NCBI GenBank assembly: GCA_963662335.2
Contig: CAXXVD010000001.1
Span: 384,001-448,000 of the forward strand
From: Chloroflexota bacterium
GTDB lineage: Bacteria; Chloroflexota; UBA11872; VXOZ01
Length of the DNA: 64,000 nt
Direction: 5' to 3'
In this document: one piece after another, positions 19,598 through 31,483 of the stretch
How positions within the stretch are numbered: position 1 is the stretch's first letter
How the letters are laid out: each line of letters starts with the position of its first letter
The notes under the pieces: generated by a model
Seen by the model: only the letters and a program-made list of their open reading frames with translations
Databases searched by the model: none
Told to the model about the DNA's origin: nothing
Program-made: the position numbers and the translations under genes

Positions 19598-20605
19598 TCA
19601 CGCCGTAACTTCCGCCCCCGCCGTCTGCGGCCGCTCCACCCGGTCGTACAGGTCTTCAAGGTAGTGGGTTGCGGCCACGGCGGCGGTGGTCGCGTCGCCC
19701 ACGGCGGTGGTAATCTGCTTCGTCAACTGCGTGCGCACGTCGCCGGCGATGAAGAGGCCCGGCACGGCGGTCTCCATGTGCAAGCCGCCGATCAGATAGC
19801 CGTTCTCATCGCGCGTTACGTCTTCCTCAATGAAGTCGGTGTTCGGGTCGAACCCAATGAAGATGAACACGCCGTCGGTCTCGTGCACCCACTCCTCGCC
19901 GGTCTTGACGTTGCGCAGCCTCATGCCGGTAACCGCGCCGTCAGCGCCGATGATCTCGTCGGCCACCGTATCCCAGATAATTTCGGTCTTGTCATTCGCC
20001 ATGAAGCGCTCTTGGATGATCTGTTGTGCGCGCAGCTTGTCGCGCCGGTGCACCAGATAGAGCTTGCTGGCAAAGCGGGTGAGGAAGAGGCCTTCCTCCA
20101 CCGCCGAGTCGCCGCCGCCAACCACCGTGATCACCCGGTCGCGGAAGAACGCCCCGTCGCACACGGCGCAGTACGAGACACCGCGCCCCGCGTACTCGAA
20201 CTCGCCCGGTATGTTCAGCGCCGTGGGCGACCCGCCGGACGAGACGATCACCGCCCCGGCGCGGTATTCCTCGCCGTCCGTCGTGCGCACGACCTTCTGC
20301 CAGCCGTCCGAAAAGACCGCCGCCACCTCGGCGGTGAGGATTTGTGCGCCAAACACCTGGGCGTGGGAGACCATCTTCTGAATCAGATCGGCGGCGTCGA
20401 TGGACTCGAACCCCGGGTAGTCCTCGATGAGTGACGTATTGATAAGCTGCCCGCCGGGCGCCATCTTCTCCAAGATCACCGTATCGAGCCGCGCCCGCGC
20501 CGTGTAGAGCCCGGCGCACAATCCGGCCGGCCCGGCGCCAATGACGATAACGTCGTGATACCGTACTGCCATCTGTCTGCTCATTCCTTTCACTCGCGCC
20601 GCCAT
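19598..20605 (-). CDS. trxB: thioredoxin-disulfide reductase (start may be ATG 20584 or 20572)
   Basis: GAGPAG, GRGVSYCAVCDG, GGGDSAVEEG, HRRDKLRA, AGDV. Confidence 0.97.
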   Translation of the reverse strand: MAARVKGMSRQMAVRYHDVIVIGAGPAGLCAGLYTARARLDTVILEKMAPGGQLINTSLIEDYPGFESIDAADLIQKMVSHAQVFGAQILTAEVAAVFSDGWQKVVRTTDGEEYRAGAVIVSSGGSPTALNIPGEFEYAGRGVSYCAVCDGAFFRDRVITVVGGGDSAVEEGLFLTRFASKLYLVHRRDKLRAQQIIQERFMANDKTEIIWDTVADEIIGADGAVTGMRLRNVKTGEEWVHETDGVFIFIGFDPNTDFIEEDVTRDENGYLIGGLHMETAVPGLFIAGDVRTQLTKQITTAVGDATTAAVAATHYLEDLYDRVERPQTAGAEVTA

Positions 20606-20947
20606 CCCGGAAGCGCGTACACGTCGGCGAGGCTGCGCGTTCTTGCGCTCGTTACGGTAGTTCTCAATCGGTCATAGCGGTCGCCGCGCAGCGGCGTCCT
20701 CCTCTTTCAGGGTACCAAACCCGCAGACCTACCGCTATAGATAGCGCTGCGGACGGAGAGACGTCGTTTTTCAAGCCGCCTCAAACCATCTTCCATAGCA
20801 TCCTACCTTCCCGCCCACGAGACGGCTGTGGGGAAAGGTTTGGCAACTCTCTCGGCGGCCAAGGGGCTTGACTCACGCCAAGGTGAGAGGAGACCCCTTG
20901 CTCATCGGATTTCCCCTCGCCTGAGAGAGGGTTAGAAGCCCAATATA

Positions 20948-21326
20948 GTCGCATTAACGTAGCGCGGGGGCTTGTCCCCCGCCGGAGTAAAGCACGGGGA
21001 CTCGTCCCCCCGCCGGAGTAACGCGCGGGGGCTTGTCCCCCGCCAGAGCAAAAGAAAAGCACACGCAAAGGATTGACCCTACAGCCTCGCAGGTTGCAAA
21101 CCTGCGCTACCGGAGATGCGAGGCGTGGTTCTCATCGCCATTGAGTTTAATGCGACAGCATTGGGGCTTGTCCCCCGCCGGAGCTATTGAAACTGGCTCG
21201 CAAAGGATTGACCTAACAACTTCATAGGTTTCACAACCTGCGCTACTGGAGACTTGAGACGCGGGTTTTGCAGCCGCTCTGTTTAACGCGACAGCATTGG
21301 GGTTCGAGCCTGCCCGCGCATGCTAC
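20948..21326. repeat. cluster of GTAG-type REP / REPIN-like units
   Basis: GTAGCGCGGGGGCTTGTCCCCCGC copies plus two composite units with CAGGTT..AAACCTGCGCTAC cores, matching 9641-10197. Confidence 0.85.
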
Positions 21327-21362
21327 GGGCGTGAGGAGAAGTTCGGCCAAAATCGCCTTGCG

Positions 21363-22196
21363 CTACCGGCCGGACTGCGCCGTCGGTTCCCTTGCAGCGT
21401 TCGCCGCGTGCAGGTATTGGCGGCAGAAGGCGGCGGCCTGGTGGATGCGGTCGCGCACCTTCTCGTCGGAGCGGCCCGCGTGCAGCGCGTACGGGTGCAA
21501 TTCCACCACGATCGTGCCCCCGAAGCCGTCGCGGCCCAGTTCGCCCAGGAAGTCCGCCAGCGGCAGCGTGCCCTCACCGGGGAAGAGGTGTTCCCGGCCG
21601 TTGTACTCGTCCGAAAGGTGGATGTGGCGCACCGTGCCGCGCAGTTCCCGCCACGCCTGCAGGATGTCGATCCGCGAGACCCCAAAGTGCGTCGTATCCA
21701 TCGTGAGCGCGGGGAACGGCCGCATGGACTCCACTTGCCAGAAGTCATGCTGGTCCCGCTGCAAGATGCCCAGGCGCTTTACCAGGCGGCGCGGCAGGTT
21801 TTCCACCGTCAGCAGCACGGGCGTCTCCGCTTGCAGCGCTGCCAGGTTCTGCATTAGCCACGGCGCGATCTCCGGCCCGCCAAAGGCCACCGGGTGGATG
21901 ACCACCGTGCGCGCGCCCACCGCTTCCGCCAGGCCGATCGTCGCCTTCAGCGTGCCGGGGTAGTCCGCCCCCATCTCCGATATGGTCCGAAACGGCGCGT
22001 GCAAGCTGTGCACCGGAATGCCCCACTGGGCCACCAGCGCGTTGATGTAGTCCGCCTGGCGCGTATCCCAGCGGTTGTCGACGATGAGTTCCACGCCGTC
22101 AAACGCGGAGCCCCCCATCAACTCGAACGTCCGCGCCAGGCCATAGGTGTAGAGCGAGCCGGTGGATAGGGTCAGCGCGGGCTCTTGATTCGCCAT
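21363..22196 (-). CDS. sugar phosphate isomerase/epimerase (AP endonuclease 2 TIM barrel)
   Basis: DGVEL, SLHAP, VVIHP, VENLP, MDTTH, HIHLSD, HLFPGEG, VVE. Confidence 0.88.
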   Translation of the reverse strand: MANQEPALTLSTGSLYTYGLARTFELMGGSAFDGVELIVDNRWDTRQADYINALVAQWGIPVHSLHAPFRTISEMGADYPGTLKATIGLAEAVGARTVVIHPVAFGGPEIAPWLMQNLAALQAETPVLLTVENLPRRLVKRLGILQRDQHDFWQVESMRPFPALTMDTTHFGVSRIDILQAWRELRGTVRHIHLSDEYNGREHLFPGEGTLPLADFLGELGRDGFGGTIVVELHPYALHAGRSDEKVRDRIHQAAAFCRQYLHAANAAREPTAQSGR

Positions 22197-22380
22197 CGTA
22201 CCAGTTCGTCTTATTATCTCTCCCCGTGGGAGAGGGTTAGGGTGAGGGTGTATTCCCTACCAGTCTAGCACCTCGGCCAGGACTCCGCACCACGCCAGCG
22301 CCACGAGCCAACGTCCGCGCGGCCGGCGGCGTGGCGCGTACGAATGCCGTAGAGAATAGCTGTCGGCTAGTTGAATACTC

Positions 22381-22412
22381 TTGACGCAAAACAGTGCGTC
22401 TGGCATGATAAT
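22381..22412 (+). promoter_or_regulatory. putative sigma70 promoter with overlapping palindrome, upstream of the Fn3-protease array
   Basis: TTGACG-17 bp-CATGAT(AAT); inverted repeat GACGCA-N6-TGCGTC at 22383-22400. Confidence 0.45.
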
Positions 22413-22448
22413 TGACAACTGCTAACAGACAGCGGATAAGCGCGCGTT

Positions 22449-25400
22449 ATGATGCGTGCTCGTTGGTTCGGACAGGCATTGAAGCGGCGGGGCGGAGTTT
22501 CCCCCGGCGGCCGGGCGGCGCTGGTAGCGGCGCTGCTCATTGGCGCGCTCTGCGTTGCGCTGGTTCACGCCAACGCGGCGGCAGCGGCCACGGTCACGGC
22601 TCCCCTCTCCCAATCTGAGGCTACGCCGACACCGACGCCACAACCTGCGCCGGACCCCACGCCAGCGCCGCCTCCCGCGCCAACGCCCACACCTACACTT
22701 ACACCCACGCCTTCTCCTACCCCGGAGCCTACGCCTACACCGACGCCGGAACCTACGCCGGAACCTACGCCGACGCCCACTCCCACTCCCACGCCAACAC
22801 CGTCCGGGACTCAGGGAGGCCCTCCCGCGCTGACCATCGCTTCCTCCCACGCCACGGCGGCCAAGGGCGAGGAGGTCGAGTTCACCATCACAGCCGGCAA
22901 CGCGCCCGCTTCCGATCTCACGGTCAATCTGCAGGTTAAGGCCAAAGGCTCGTCGGTGGATGAGACCGGGTCGCTGCAAGTCGTCCTCCGGCAGGGCGAG
23001 ACGCAGACCTGGCTCACCTTGGTCACGGAGGGCGGCTCCGTAGACCTAGCGGGCGCCACCGTCACCCTCACCCTTCAAGCCGGCACGGGCTACACACTTG
23101 GCAGTCCCGCCGCGGCCAGCGTCAGCGTGGAAGACCGGCCCCTGCCCACGCCCACCCCCACGCCGGAAGTAAAGGGGGAGACGCCTGGCGGAGCGGCCCC
23201 GGCGCCCTCGGGCCTCTCGGCGTCGGGGACCAGCCGCTCCAGCATCCGCGTCAGTTGGAGCAGCGAAATATTCGTCGTCGCTTACAAGGTAGATCGCTAT
23301 TACGACGAAATCCCGCCTGTGCCCTTCTGGCTGAACCTTATCAGCGGCACCTCGAGCACGAGTTATACGGATGGCGGACGCAGGTGCGGCACAAGCTATA
23401 GCTACCGCGTCGCCGGCAAGGGAGACGGCAGTTTCTACGACACGTACTACGGCTCCTATTCGTACACGTCGGGCAGCACCTACTCGTGCCCGGTGCCAAC
23501 GCCGACGCCTACGCCCACTCCCACACCAACACCTACGCCCACTCCCACACCAACTCCGACACCCACGCCTACGCCAACGAAGACGCCCACACCTACGCCA
23601 ACGAAGACGCCCACACCTACGCCAACGAAGACACCTACACCTACGCCAACGAAGACGCCCACACCTACACCAACGAAGACGCCCACACCTACGCCAAGAC
23701 CAATTCCCACACCCGTACCCAAGGCCCCCGCCCCTGCCAACGTAGTCGCGACTCCCACCGGTCTCACCAGTATCACGTTCGCTTGGAGTGCGCGGACGGG
23801 CGTTTCGCACTACATGTTGGAGCGCTACTTCACCGGTGTCAGGAGCGAGAAAGAGAAGGAGGGTTCCGGCCAGAGCGAAGAAGGTTGGTCGAGCGTAGCC
23901 ACTGAGATAGCGGGCACAAGCTACGCTTATACCAGCAACACCTTGCTCTGCGCTAGCAGCGAGAAGTTCCGCGTCAGCGGCCGCGGAAACGGCGCCACGT
24001 ATAGCACAGCGTACGGCGCCACCACCGAGGTTAGCGGCACTATTCCGTGCGCAAAAGCAGCCCCCAAGCCCACCGGCTTCACCCTTACCGCCACCGGTGA
24101 GCAGAGCATCACCGCCAGTTGGGACTCCCATACCGATCTGCACGGTTTCAAGCTCGAACGGCTCTTCCTTGGCACCGAACCCGGCGGCTCCGGGCAAACC
24201 GAACAGAGCGTCTGGAGTGAAGTAAAAGGGGCTGAAGACCTATCTGCCACCAGTTTCGAAGTCACCGACCAGGTCGCGTGCGGCAGTTCCTATTCGTTCC
24301 GGCTCAGCGCCCGGGGGGACGGCTGGCCGTATCTCACCGCGTTCAGCACGCCGACCGCGGAGCAGAGCGGCAGCACCTCGCCCTGTACCAGAACCGCGCC
24401 TGCGCCCACCGGCCTCAGCGCCAGCGCCGCCGGTAAGACCGGCATCACCGCCAGTTGGAGCACGCAGGATGACGTCGCCGCCTACAAGCTGGAGCACGCC
24501 CTCGCCGGCACACCCACGCCCGCCTGGACCGCCATCGAGAACATCGCCCCGACCCCGGGCGCGAACGCCACCACCGGCTATACCGTGAGCACCCTCGAGT
24601 GCGGCACGGAATACAGCCTCCGCGTCAGCGGCAAGGGCGACGGCTCGCCCTACACCACTACCTACGGCACTCCATCGGCGGCAGTCACCGGACGCCCTGC
24701 GCCCTGCGACGTGCCCGCGCCGACCGGCCTTAGCGCCAGCGCCTCCGGCCAGACCGGCATTGCCGTCACCTGGTCTGGCGTCACCGCCGGCGTCACTTAC
24801 ACGCTGGAGCGTTCCGACGATGGCGGAAAAACCTGGCCGAAGGGATCGCCACACGTCATCAGCGGTATCATCGGTACCAGCCAGACCGTTAGCGGCCTGA
24901 GCGAGTGCACCGAGTACGACTTCCGGGTGGGAGGCGTAGGCGACGGCTTGCGCTATTCCGCCACCCCCGGCCCCACGGCGCAGACGACGGGACGCACCGC
25001 GCCTTGCGCCGTGCCCGCGCCCACCGGCCTCAGCGCCACCGTCGTGAGCGAGACCGCAATCACCGTCAGTTGGACCGCCATCGGTACCGGCGTGAAGTAC
25101 ACGCTGCAATACGACAAGGGTAAGGAAACCCAAACCCACTCAGACATCACCGGGACCAGCTACGCGGTAACCGGTCTAACGTGCGGCACCGCATACACCT
25201 TCAAAGTCAACGGCGTGGGGAGCGGCTGGCCTTACGTCGCCACCCCCGGCCCCACGGGCCAAGCGCAGGCCACCACCACCGGCTGCGACGTGCCCACGCC
25301 CAGCCTCTCATTCCCCCAGGTTACGCGGACGAGCATTACCGGGCAGTGGAGCACTTACACCGACATCACCTACCGGTTGGAGTACATAGTCAAAGCTGCC

Positions 25401-27437
25401 GACAGCGGCGCGGGTGGCGCTGCCCCCAACTGGTCCCCGATCGGGAATAGAATCCCAGGGACAGGCAGCGCGGTTTCCAGCGTTGCGGAGAACCTGAAGT
25501 GCGGCACCGCCCATCAGCTTCGAGTCGAGGCAATTGGCGACGGAACGCACTACAAGAACGAAACCGTCACTACTGACCCGCTCACCCAGAGCACCAGCCT
25601 CTGTCTGGCGTCGGCCCCTACTAACGTCCAGGCCATACCCACCGCCCAGACCAGCATCACCGTCAGTTGGGACACCCAATCCGGCGTCTCCACCTACAAG
25701 CTGGAGCGCTCCGACGACAGTGGCGCCAACTGGCCGAACGCCAATGCGGTGCAAGTTGCCCCCACCCCGACGGGCGCCAGTCACACCTATACGAACCTAA
25801 CTTGCGGCACGGACTACCGCTTCCGCGTCAGCGCCATCGGCGACGGCATCAACCTCGATAATTCCACTTACGGCAGCACGTCGTCAGTGATAACAGCCAG
25901 CACCGACAACTACTGCACGCCGCAGGACCTCACCATAATCCCAATGCCGCAACGAAAGGCGGAGTTGCGTTGGGGCGCCGTGAATGGCGCGACGTACACA
26001 GTGCAGATACGCAAGCCGAGCGGGAATTGGCCAACGCCTATACCCGGCGGTACCGTTCCTAACGAGCATGACAGAGGAACGAGCACCTCCCATGAGATCA
26101 AGCTGGATGAAGTTTTCAACGCTGGCACAGTAGCGGCGCCGGCCCTTGAAGGCCTCGCTCATGCCACGGCCTACCACCTTCGCGTCCAAGCCACCGTCCC
26201 CGGCCATGGCACCTTTAGCAGCATGCCAATTGTCATTATTGACACCCCGATCTTGCGGGCCAATGGCAACAGCCCCGGCTTGGGCGCAAATGACGCTCAG
26301 GTAGCCCTTAAGTGGACGCCCATCCAAGACATCCTTGGCGCAAGCTACACCGGTGGCGCGTATACCTTCAACTATCGCCAGCTTGAAAACGACCACACCC
26401 AGATCGGCTGGCAGCCAGACACCTTTGGCCCAACAAGCACTACCAGCGCCACAATCAACGGCACAACTCATACGATCACCGGGCTAGCGCGGGAAAAGAT
26501 CCAAGCCATACAGTTAGTCTATGCCGTCACTCCGACCCCCGGTGGCGCAAACCGGGTATTCGCCGCCAGAGATGCCTACGTCTGGCCCTCCGATCGCGCC
26601 GGAGGCGGCGGTGAACGAGTTGCGACGTTTCCTTTGAATTATCCGCTAAGTTTGCTCTCCAACAAAACGTATGTGTACCGCATCTGCGCAGGCACGTTCT
26701 CCTCAGATGCAAACAAGCAAGCAGCTTGGCGGACTTTCGTCATCCATGCTCTCAACCAGTGGCACCTGGCCACTGACGGTCTGGTCACAATGACACATTC
26801 ACCTGGCGGTTGTGCCGACTTCTCCGATCACATTACGCTCGTTTACGATGGAGTTAAAGACCGCCTTATGAAAGAGTTAGAGCCTGACGAGGATGCCAAA
26901 CTGCGGGCTCAAGTGAGAGCGCACGTTGGGAAAATCGGCAGTTGGTTGGATATCGCCTCTCAGGATCGCGCGTTGAATGAAATCAGCGTGATCGACCTCG
27001 GCGCGGATGAATACGACGCATTGAAAGCTGTGAAGATTTCAGCGGAACTCGCAAGGGATCTTGGATTCGCCACATGCATATTCGACGCTCCCGCCTGCGC
27101 ACCCCGAAACAAGGTGCCGCTAACGCTACTTACTACCGACATCTTGCTCAAGCGGGAAGGTGGCTCAGCGTACCAAGAAGATCCTCCACCTTTGCCGACG
27201 GTAGAGTTCAATACATGCGTCGCAGGGGAAAACAAGGCATATGAACACTTGGTGCATGAAGCGGGCCATGCCTTGGGAATCCGAGAGGGCAATGATGGCG
27301 CTGACCAACTGGTCCATCACCCTACAATTCCGGACTCAGTGATGAGTTACGAAAGGCTGCTCCCGGTGGAAGACCCGGACTGTTCCCCTCACCCCCTAGA
27401 CATCATGGCTATATTTGCGCTGTATCAGACTCGCTAG
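22449..27437 (+). CDS. type A1: secreted PT-rich, Calx-beta-like and about 10 Fn3-repeat protein with C-terminal metzincin (matrixin-like) Zn protease
   Basis: Signal peptide ending ANAAAA; PT linkers; repeated P.GL......SITVSW...Y.LER...L.CGT.Y.FRV; HEAGHALG at 27255, SVMSY Met-turn, [11 protein letters not shown]. Confidence 0.85.
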   Translation: MMRARWFGQALKRRGGVSPGGRAALVAALLIGALCVALVHANAAAAATVTAPLSQSEATPTPTPQPAPDPTPAPPPAPTPTPTLTPTPSPTPEPTPTPTPEPTPEPTPTPTPTPTPTPSGTQGGPPALTIASSHATAAKGEEVEFTITAGNAPASDLTVNLQVKAKGSSVDETGSLQVVLRQGETQTWLTLVTEGGSVDLAGATVTLTLQAGTGYTLGSPAAASVSVEDRPLPTPTPTPEVKGETPGGAAPAPSGLSASGTSRSSIRVSWSSEIFVVAYKVDRYYDEIPPVPFWLNLISGTSSTSYTDGGRRCGTSYSYRVAGKGDGSFYDTYYGSYSYTSGSTYSCPVPTPTPTPTPTPTPTPTPTPTPTPTPTPTKTPTPTPTKTPTPTPTKTPTPTPTKTPTPTPTKTPTPTPRPIPTPVPKAPAPANVVATPTGLTSITFAWSARTGVSHYMLERYFTGVRSEKEKEGSGQSEEGWSSVATEIAGTSYAYTSNTLLCASSEKFRVSGRGNGATYSTAYGATTEVSGTIPCAKAAPKPTGFTLTATGEQSITASWDSHTDLHGFKLERLFLGTEPGGSGQTEQSVWSEVKGAEDLSATSFEVTDQVACGSSYSFRLSARGDGWPYLTAFSTPTAEQSGSTSPCTRTAPAPTGLSASAAGKTGITASWSTQDDVAAYKLEHALAGTPTPAWTAIENIAPTPGANATTGYTVSTLECGTEYSLRVSGKGDGSPYTTTYGTPSAAVTGRPAPCDVPAPTGLSASASGQTGIAVTWSGVTAGVTYTLERSDDGGKTWPKGSPHVISGIIGTSQTVSGLSECTEYDFRVGGVGDGLRYSATPGPTAQTTGRTAPCAVPAPTGLSATVVSETAITVSWTAIGTGVKYTLQYDKGKETQTHSDITGTSYAVTGLTCGTAYTFKVNGVGSGWPYVATPGPTGQAQATTTGCDVPTPSLSFPQVTRTSITGQWSTYTDITYRLEYIVKAADSGAGGAAPNWSPIGNRIPGTGSAVSSVAENLKCGTAHQLRVEAIGDGTHYKNETVTTDPLTQSTSLCLASAPTNVQAIPTAQTSITVSWDTQSGVSTYKLERSDDSGANWPNANAVQVAPTPTGASHTYTNLTCGTDYRFRVSAIGDGINLDNSTYGSTSSVITASTDNYCTPQDLTIIPMPQRKAELRWGAVNGATYTVQIRKPSGNWPTPIPGGTVPNEHDRGTSTSHEIKLDEVFNAGTVAAPALEGLAHATAYHLRVQATVPGHGTFSSMPIVIIDTPILRANGNSPGLGANDAQVALKWTPIQDILGASYTGGAYTFNYRQLENDHTQIGWQPDTFGPTSTTSATINGTTHTITGLAREKIQAIQLVYAVTPTPGGANRVFAARDAYVWPSDRAGGGGERVATFPLNYPLSLLSNKTYVYRICAGTFSSDANKQAAWRTFVIHALNQWHLATDGLVTMTHSPGGCADFSDHITLVYDGVKDRLMKELEPDEDAKLRAQVRAHVGKIGSWLDIASQDRALNEISVIDLGADEYDALKAVKISAELARDLGFATCIFDAPACAPRNKVPLTLLTTDILLKREGGSAYQEDPPPLPTVEFNTCVAGENKAYEHLVHEAGHALGIREGNDGADQLVHHPTIPDSVMSYERLLPVEDPDCSPHPLDIMAIFALYQTR
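23574..23693 (+). repeat. five 24-bp tandem units (PTKTPTPT) inside a longer PT linker
   Basis: ccaacgaagacgcccacacctacg x5, preceded by a (PT)n run; a second PT linker lies at about 22620-22803. Confidence 0.9.
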
Positions 27438-27453
27438 TAAGGAGACTCAGAAC

Positions 27454-28878
27454 ATGTCGTTCAACGCACGCTTGATTCAGGTGGCAATTCGAGGCATGGG
27501 TCTCATGGCGCTAATGCTGGGCCTTGCCAGTTGTGGGGAGCAAGATTCATCAGCAACCGCAGCAGAATTGCAGTACCCATGTGGCCCGTTCTTCACAGAA
27601 CACTATACCGGGTACCAAAGGCACTTCTTGGAGTGGACGCCGGACGGTAGCAAAATAATGTTCGACTATATTCCAAGAGGCTATAGAGACCTTAGCTCCT
27701 TGTTCCCTGGAAGGATGATTTGGCTAGCAGCCAGCGATGGTAGCGAGGCGCGAATGCTTGTTGACGCAAATCCTGGCGGCGTCGGACTGTTCAACTTCCA
27801 TGCCGACGTGTCACCTGATGGCACACGTATCGTCTATGCCACCTGTGAGTTCCCGACGGAAAGCATACACATGGAATCATTCGACTCGGAACGAAGACAA
27901 CTCCACTACGAGATTGCCGTAATCAACCTTGACGGCTCGGGGCAACAGCGGCTCACGGTGAATGAGCATCTTGACCACTTCCCAGTCTGGTCGCCCGACG
28001 GAAACACCATCGTCTTCATTGCTAACCCCCATGAGAGAAGCTTATACAATACAGCAACTGCGGAACTCTATGCTATGGCGGCGGATGGTTCAGACGTGCG
28101 CCTTGTAGTCTCCACACTAAATAAGGTGAGCACGGAAACCGAGGGATACTATTACTGGCGAAATAACGCTTTCAACACACAGCGCGGCGTAAGTGAGATT
28201 GGTAATCCTGACGAGCCGTGGCTGTGGGCGGTGACTCTCGCCGCGCCTGCGTGGTCCCCGGATGGGGGGCGTTTGGCGTTTCTGGTGGACGAGGGGGAAT
28301 CACCGCCGCTTCGCCACCTGCTGTACATGGCGCGGGCTGATGGTTCGGAACTTATGAAAGTCGCCGAAACTGCAGGTGTTCAGATTGCACTTCCGGGTAG
28401 CAATTACAATTCGCCGATTACGCCCACTTGGGAGCCGAGTGGGGAGCGACTCGCCTTCGTGGGTGTCAATGAGGCAGGTGGCCCCGGCGGAGTCTTTACC
28501 ATTCGTCACGACGGTACCGATCGCAAACTGGTCTTGGAACCGCAGGGGCCAGACTGGCAGGTGTGGCACCTGTCATGGTCGCCGGACGGATCTGAGATTC
28601 TCGTAGTGTCTACTCATGGCACATTCGCTATCGAGATGGATGGCGGTGGCTTTCGCACTCTGAATTCTGTGAAAGTGCCGCGCAACTCACTTGGTGTTGT
28701 TGCGGCGTGGTCGCCAGACAGTACACGCATTGCGTTCTATATTGCACGTGAAATCCACAACGAACCGCCGCAACTGTTTACAGTAGCCCGCGACGGTACC
28801 GACCGCCGCGACCTAATTCGCCTGGACGCCGACGGCAACCTCGTGCCAGCCAACCCGCCGCAGGAGAAAGCCGAATGA
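27454..28878 (+). CDS. type B1: lipoprotein with TolB-like PD40 beta-propeller (no LRR)
   Basis: AAGGAG RBS, lipobox LASC, repeated WSPDG/WTPDG blades. Confidence 0.85.
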   Translation: MSFNARLIQVAIRGMGLMALMLGLASCGEQDSSATAAELQYPCGPFFTEHYTGYQRHFLEWTPDGSKIMFDYIPRGYRDLSSLFPGRMIWLAASDGSEARMLVDANPGGVGLFNFHADVSPDGTRIVYATCEFPTESIHMESFDSERRQLHYEIAVINLDGSGQQRLTVNEHLDHFPVWSPDGNTIVFIANPHERSLYNTATAELYAMAADGSDVRLVVSTLNKVSTETEGYYYWRNNAFNTQRGVSEIGNPDEPWLWAVTLAAPAWSPDGGRLAFLVDEGESPPLRHLLYMARADGSELMKVAETAGVQIALPGSNYNSPITPTWEPSGERLAFVGVNEAGGPGGVFTIRHDGTDRKLVLEPQGPDWQVWHLSWSPDGSEILVVSTHGTFAIEMDGGGFRTLNSVKVPRNSLGVVAAWSPDSTRIAFYIAREIHNEPPQLFTVARDGTDRRDLIRLDADGNLVPANPPQEKAE

Positions 28879-28971
28879 GCCTTCCACGTGGGTACGTGCT
28901 AACGCCGTTGCCTCAGACTGGGGTTGCCGCTTGCAGCCTGCGCCGACGCCATGCACGGGAGAATGAGGTTG

Positions 28972-31140
28972 ATGAAAACTAGGTCAAGCGGAAGGAACCT
29001 GTTGGCGGCCGGCGCGCTGGCGCTGCTGCTGGGCGGTCTTGGCGTCAGCGGCTGCGCGGACGCGGACACTGCGCCCCCCGCCGCCGCGCCGGCCCAAACC
29101 CGGTCTGCTGCCGCTACGGACGACGCGTCCCGGCAACCCGCCGCCGCGCCCACGGTGACCGCTCCCTGCGCGGCCGATGGCGAGTGCGCCCTGCGCGACG
29201 TGAGCGCTCTCCACCTCTTCTCCTTTGAAGACGGCGGCGCGCGTTCCCCGTCGGTTGAAATCCCCAGCGTGGAGGACGTGCTGGAAAAAGGCCTGCGCTT
29301 GGCGGAAGCCTCACCTGTTCACATTGCCGTCCGCGGCCGGGCCGCCGCCAACTCCGTGCGCTGCGAGTGGCGCGGCATCGCCCGCACCCTACAACAACGG
29401 GCAAACGCCGTGCGCTTCTGGCTCGGCCTGAGCACGAGCGACACGCTCCCCGCCGCGCCCCACCTCGAAACTCTCTTCAAAGTAACCTTCGATACCGTGA
29501 AGCCCGCCTATCGGGAGACCGCTACCTCCAACTTCCTCGCCATCGCCCGCGGCGGCCTCTCGGAAGAGTACCTCTTCCTCACCTGCTACGCCGACTTCAC
29601 CATCCGGGAATACGTGCTCGGCGCAGGGCCTTCCACCATCACCGTCGCCTACGACCGCATGGGCGAGGTCCACTCCTACGAGTTGTACCGCAAGGAACAC
29701 GCGGCGGGCACGTTCGGCACGGCGGCGCTCCGATCCCGTGACGCCCACGCCACGGCCATGTTCACCCTGGTCGCGCAAGCCGAGCGGTCGCTGCGAAGCA
29801 GTATCGGCGGCAAGCAGATCGTGGTCTTCCTGGCCCCCATGGGCGCGCACAACGCAATCGCCGTCGAGGCCTGGCAGGCGATCGACCAGTGGGACGTGCA
29901 GTTGGTGAACGGCACGCTGAACGCGGTGCGCTTCGGGGCCTATCCCGGCGACCCGGAGCACTCCCAATCCCTGCACAACCTGCGCAACCGCGTCACCAGC
30001 GCGGCGAGTAAGGACGCCTTTGCCGGCAAGCGCATCAGCAACGTCAGCGGACTGCGCAAGTACTATACCGACATCGGCGCGTACGGCGACATCACCCCCG
30101 ACGACGGCAAGACCGATACGTTCACCCCCAGCCAGCCGCCGCCCGTCCTGCCCTGCGAGAACGGCGCCGCCGTCCCCAATCCCAGCGCCAATCCCGGCCT
30201 GGTCTTCGACTGCCGCACGCTGCTGGGGCTGAAATCTACCCTGGCCGGCTCCGCTACCCTGAACTGGAGCGGCAGCACGGCTATCACCGCGTGGGACGGC
30301 GTGCTGGTCGGCGGCTCGCCGCAGCGGGTCAACCGCCTCTCACTGAACGGCAAGCAACTGAACGGCCGCATCCCCCCTGAACTCGCCAACCTGACCAAAC
30401 TCCACTTCCTCTACCTGCAAAACAACCGCCTGCGCGGTTCAATCCCGCCGGAACTGGGCGATATGGCCGAACTCCAACACCTCTACCTGAACCAAAACTG
30501 GCTCACCGGCGCGATCCCCGCCGAACTCGGCAACCTGGCCAATCTCACGCGCCTCTTCCTGGACCGCAATCAACTCTCCGGCGCGATCCCCGCCGAACTC
30601 GGCAGCATGGCCAAACTCCATCAACTCTACCTCAATCACAACCGCCTGACCGGCGCCATTCCCAAAGAACTCGGCAACCTCTCGAAACTCTGGTACCTCT
30701 ACCTGGAACACAACGAACTGACCGGCAGCATTCCCAAGGAACTCGGCAAACTGTCCATCCTCACGCGGATGGACATCTACGACAACCAATTGAGCGGCGC
30801 CATCCCCAAAGAACTCGGCAGCTTGACCTTGGTCACCCGCCTGGACCTGAGCAAGAATAAACTCACCGGCGCCATCCCCCCTGAACTGGGCAATATGGCC
30901 AAACTGGAGTTCCTCTACCTGCACTGCAACGTGCTGACCAGCACAATCCCCGCCGCGCTGGGCAACATCACGACCCTGCGGGAACTCTACCTGCTGGGCA
31001 ACACCATCACCGGCGACGTGCCCGCGAGCCTGTCCGGCGTTGACGTGCGCACGGGCGCGTCGTCGGTCTGCACCTCGGTCTCCCCAACACCGACGCCGTT
31101 CCCCACCCCAACCCCAACCGCAACGCCCGCCTCCGGCTGA
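28972..31140 (+). CDS. type C1: lipoprotein with unassigned domain, LRR N-cap, 10 plant-type LRRs and PT tail
   Basis: Lipobox VSGC; DC.TLL.LK..LAG...LNWS cap; 24-aa LxxLxLxxNxLxGxIPxELGxL repeats. Confidence 0.85.
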   Translation: MKTRSSGRNLLAAGALALLLGGLGVSGCADADTAPPAAAPAQTRSAAATDDASRQPAAAPTVTAPCAADGECALRDVSALHLFSFEDGGARSPSVEIPSVEDVLEKGLRLAEASPVHIAVRGRAAANSVRCEWRGIARTLQQRANAVRFWLGLSTSDTLPAAPHLETLFKVTFDTVKPAYRETATSNFLAIARGGLSEEYLFLTCYADFTIREYVLGAGPSTITVAYDRMGEVHSYELYRKEHAAGTFGTAALRSRDAHATAMFTLVAQAERSLRSSIGGKQIVVFLAPMGAHNAIAVEAWQAIDQWDVQLVNGTLNAVRFGAYPGDPEHSQSLHNLRNRVTSAASKDAFAGKRISNVSGLRKYYTDIGAYGDITPDDGKTDTFTPSQPPPVLPCENGAAVPNPSANPGLVFDCRTLLGLKSTLAGSATLNWSGSTAITAWDGVLVGGSPQRVNRLSLNGKQLNGRIPPELANLTKLHFLYLQNNRLRGSIPPELGDMAELQHLYLNQNWLTGAIPAELGNLANLTRLFLDRNQLSGAIPAELGSMAKLHQLYLNHNRLTGAIPKELGNLSKLWYLYLEHNELTGSIPKELGKLSILTRMDIYDNQLSGAIPKELGSLTLVTRLDLSKNKLTGAIPPELGNMAKLEFLYLHCNVLTSTIPAALGNITTLRELYLLGNTITGDVPASLSGVDVRTGASSVCTSVSPTPTPFPTPTPTATPASG

Positions 31141-31483
31141 ACCGCGGCCTAATCAACTGCTCGTGCGCTTGGAGACCAACGTCATGGTCACTCCCACCGC
31201 CCAGACCAGCATCACCGTCAGTTGGGATACGAACAACAAGGTCACTGCTTACAAGCTGGAGCGCGCCATTGCCGTCACCCCCACGGCCACGCCCGCGTGG
31301 ACGCAAGTTGCCGTCGTCACCCCAGCCCCGAGCTCCACGACCACAAGCTACCCGGATCCTAGCCGGAGTTGCGGCACGGCCTACCTCTACCGCGTCAGCG
31401 CCATCGGCGACGGCACAGACTACAGTAAGTTCGAATACGGCGACCCGTCACAACCGGAAACGGCCAGCACTGACTTCTATTGC
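29864..31483 (+). repeat. about 1.6-kb direct repeat, copy 1 (3' part of C plus first Fn3 of A cassette); copy 2 at 40011-41630
   Basis: Landmarks at both ends share a constant offset of 10147 bp; encoded proteins nearly identical. Confidence 0.9.

Noticed and set aside
21295-21320. tRNA-like GGTTCGAGCC
   Set aside because: Part of a degenerate REP; no cloverleaf
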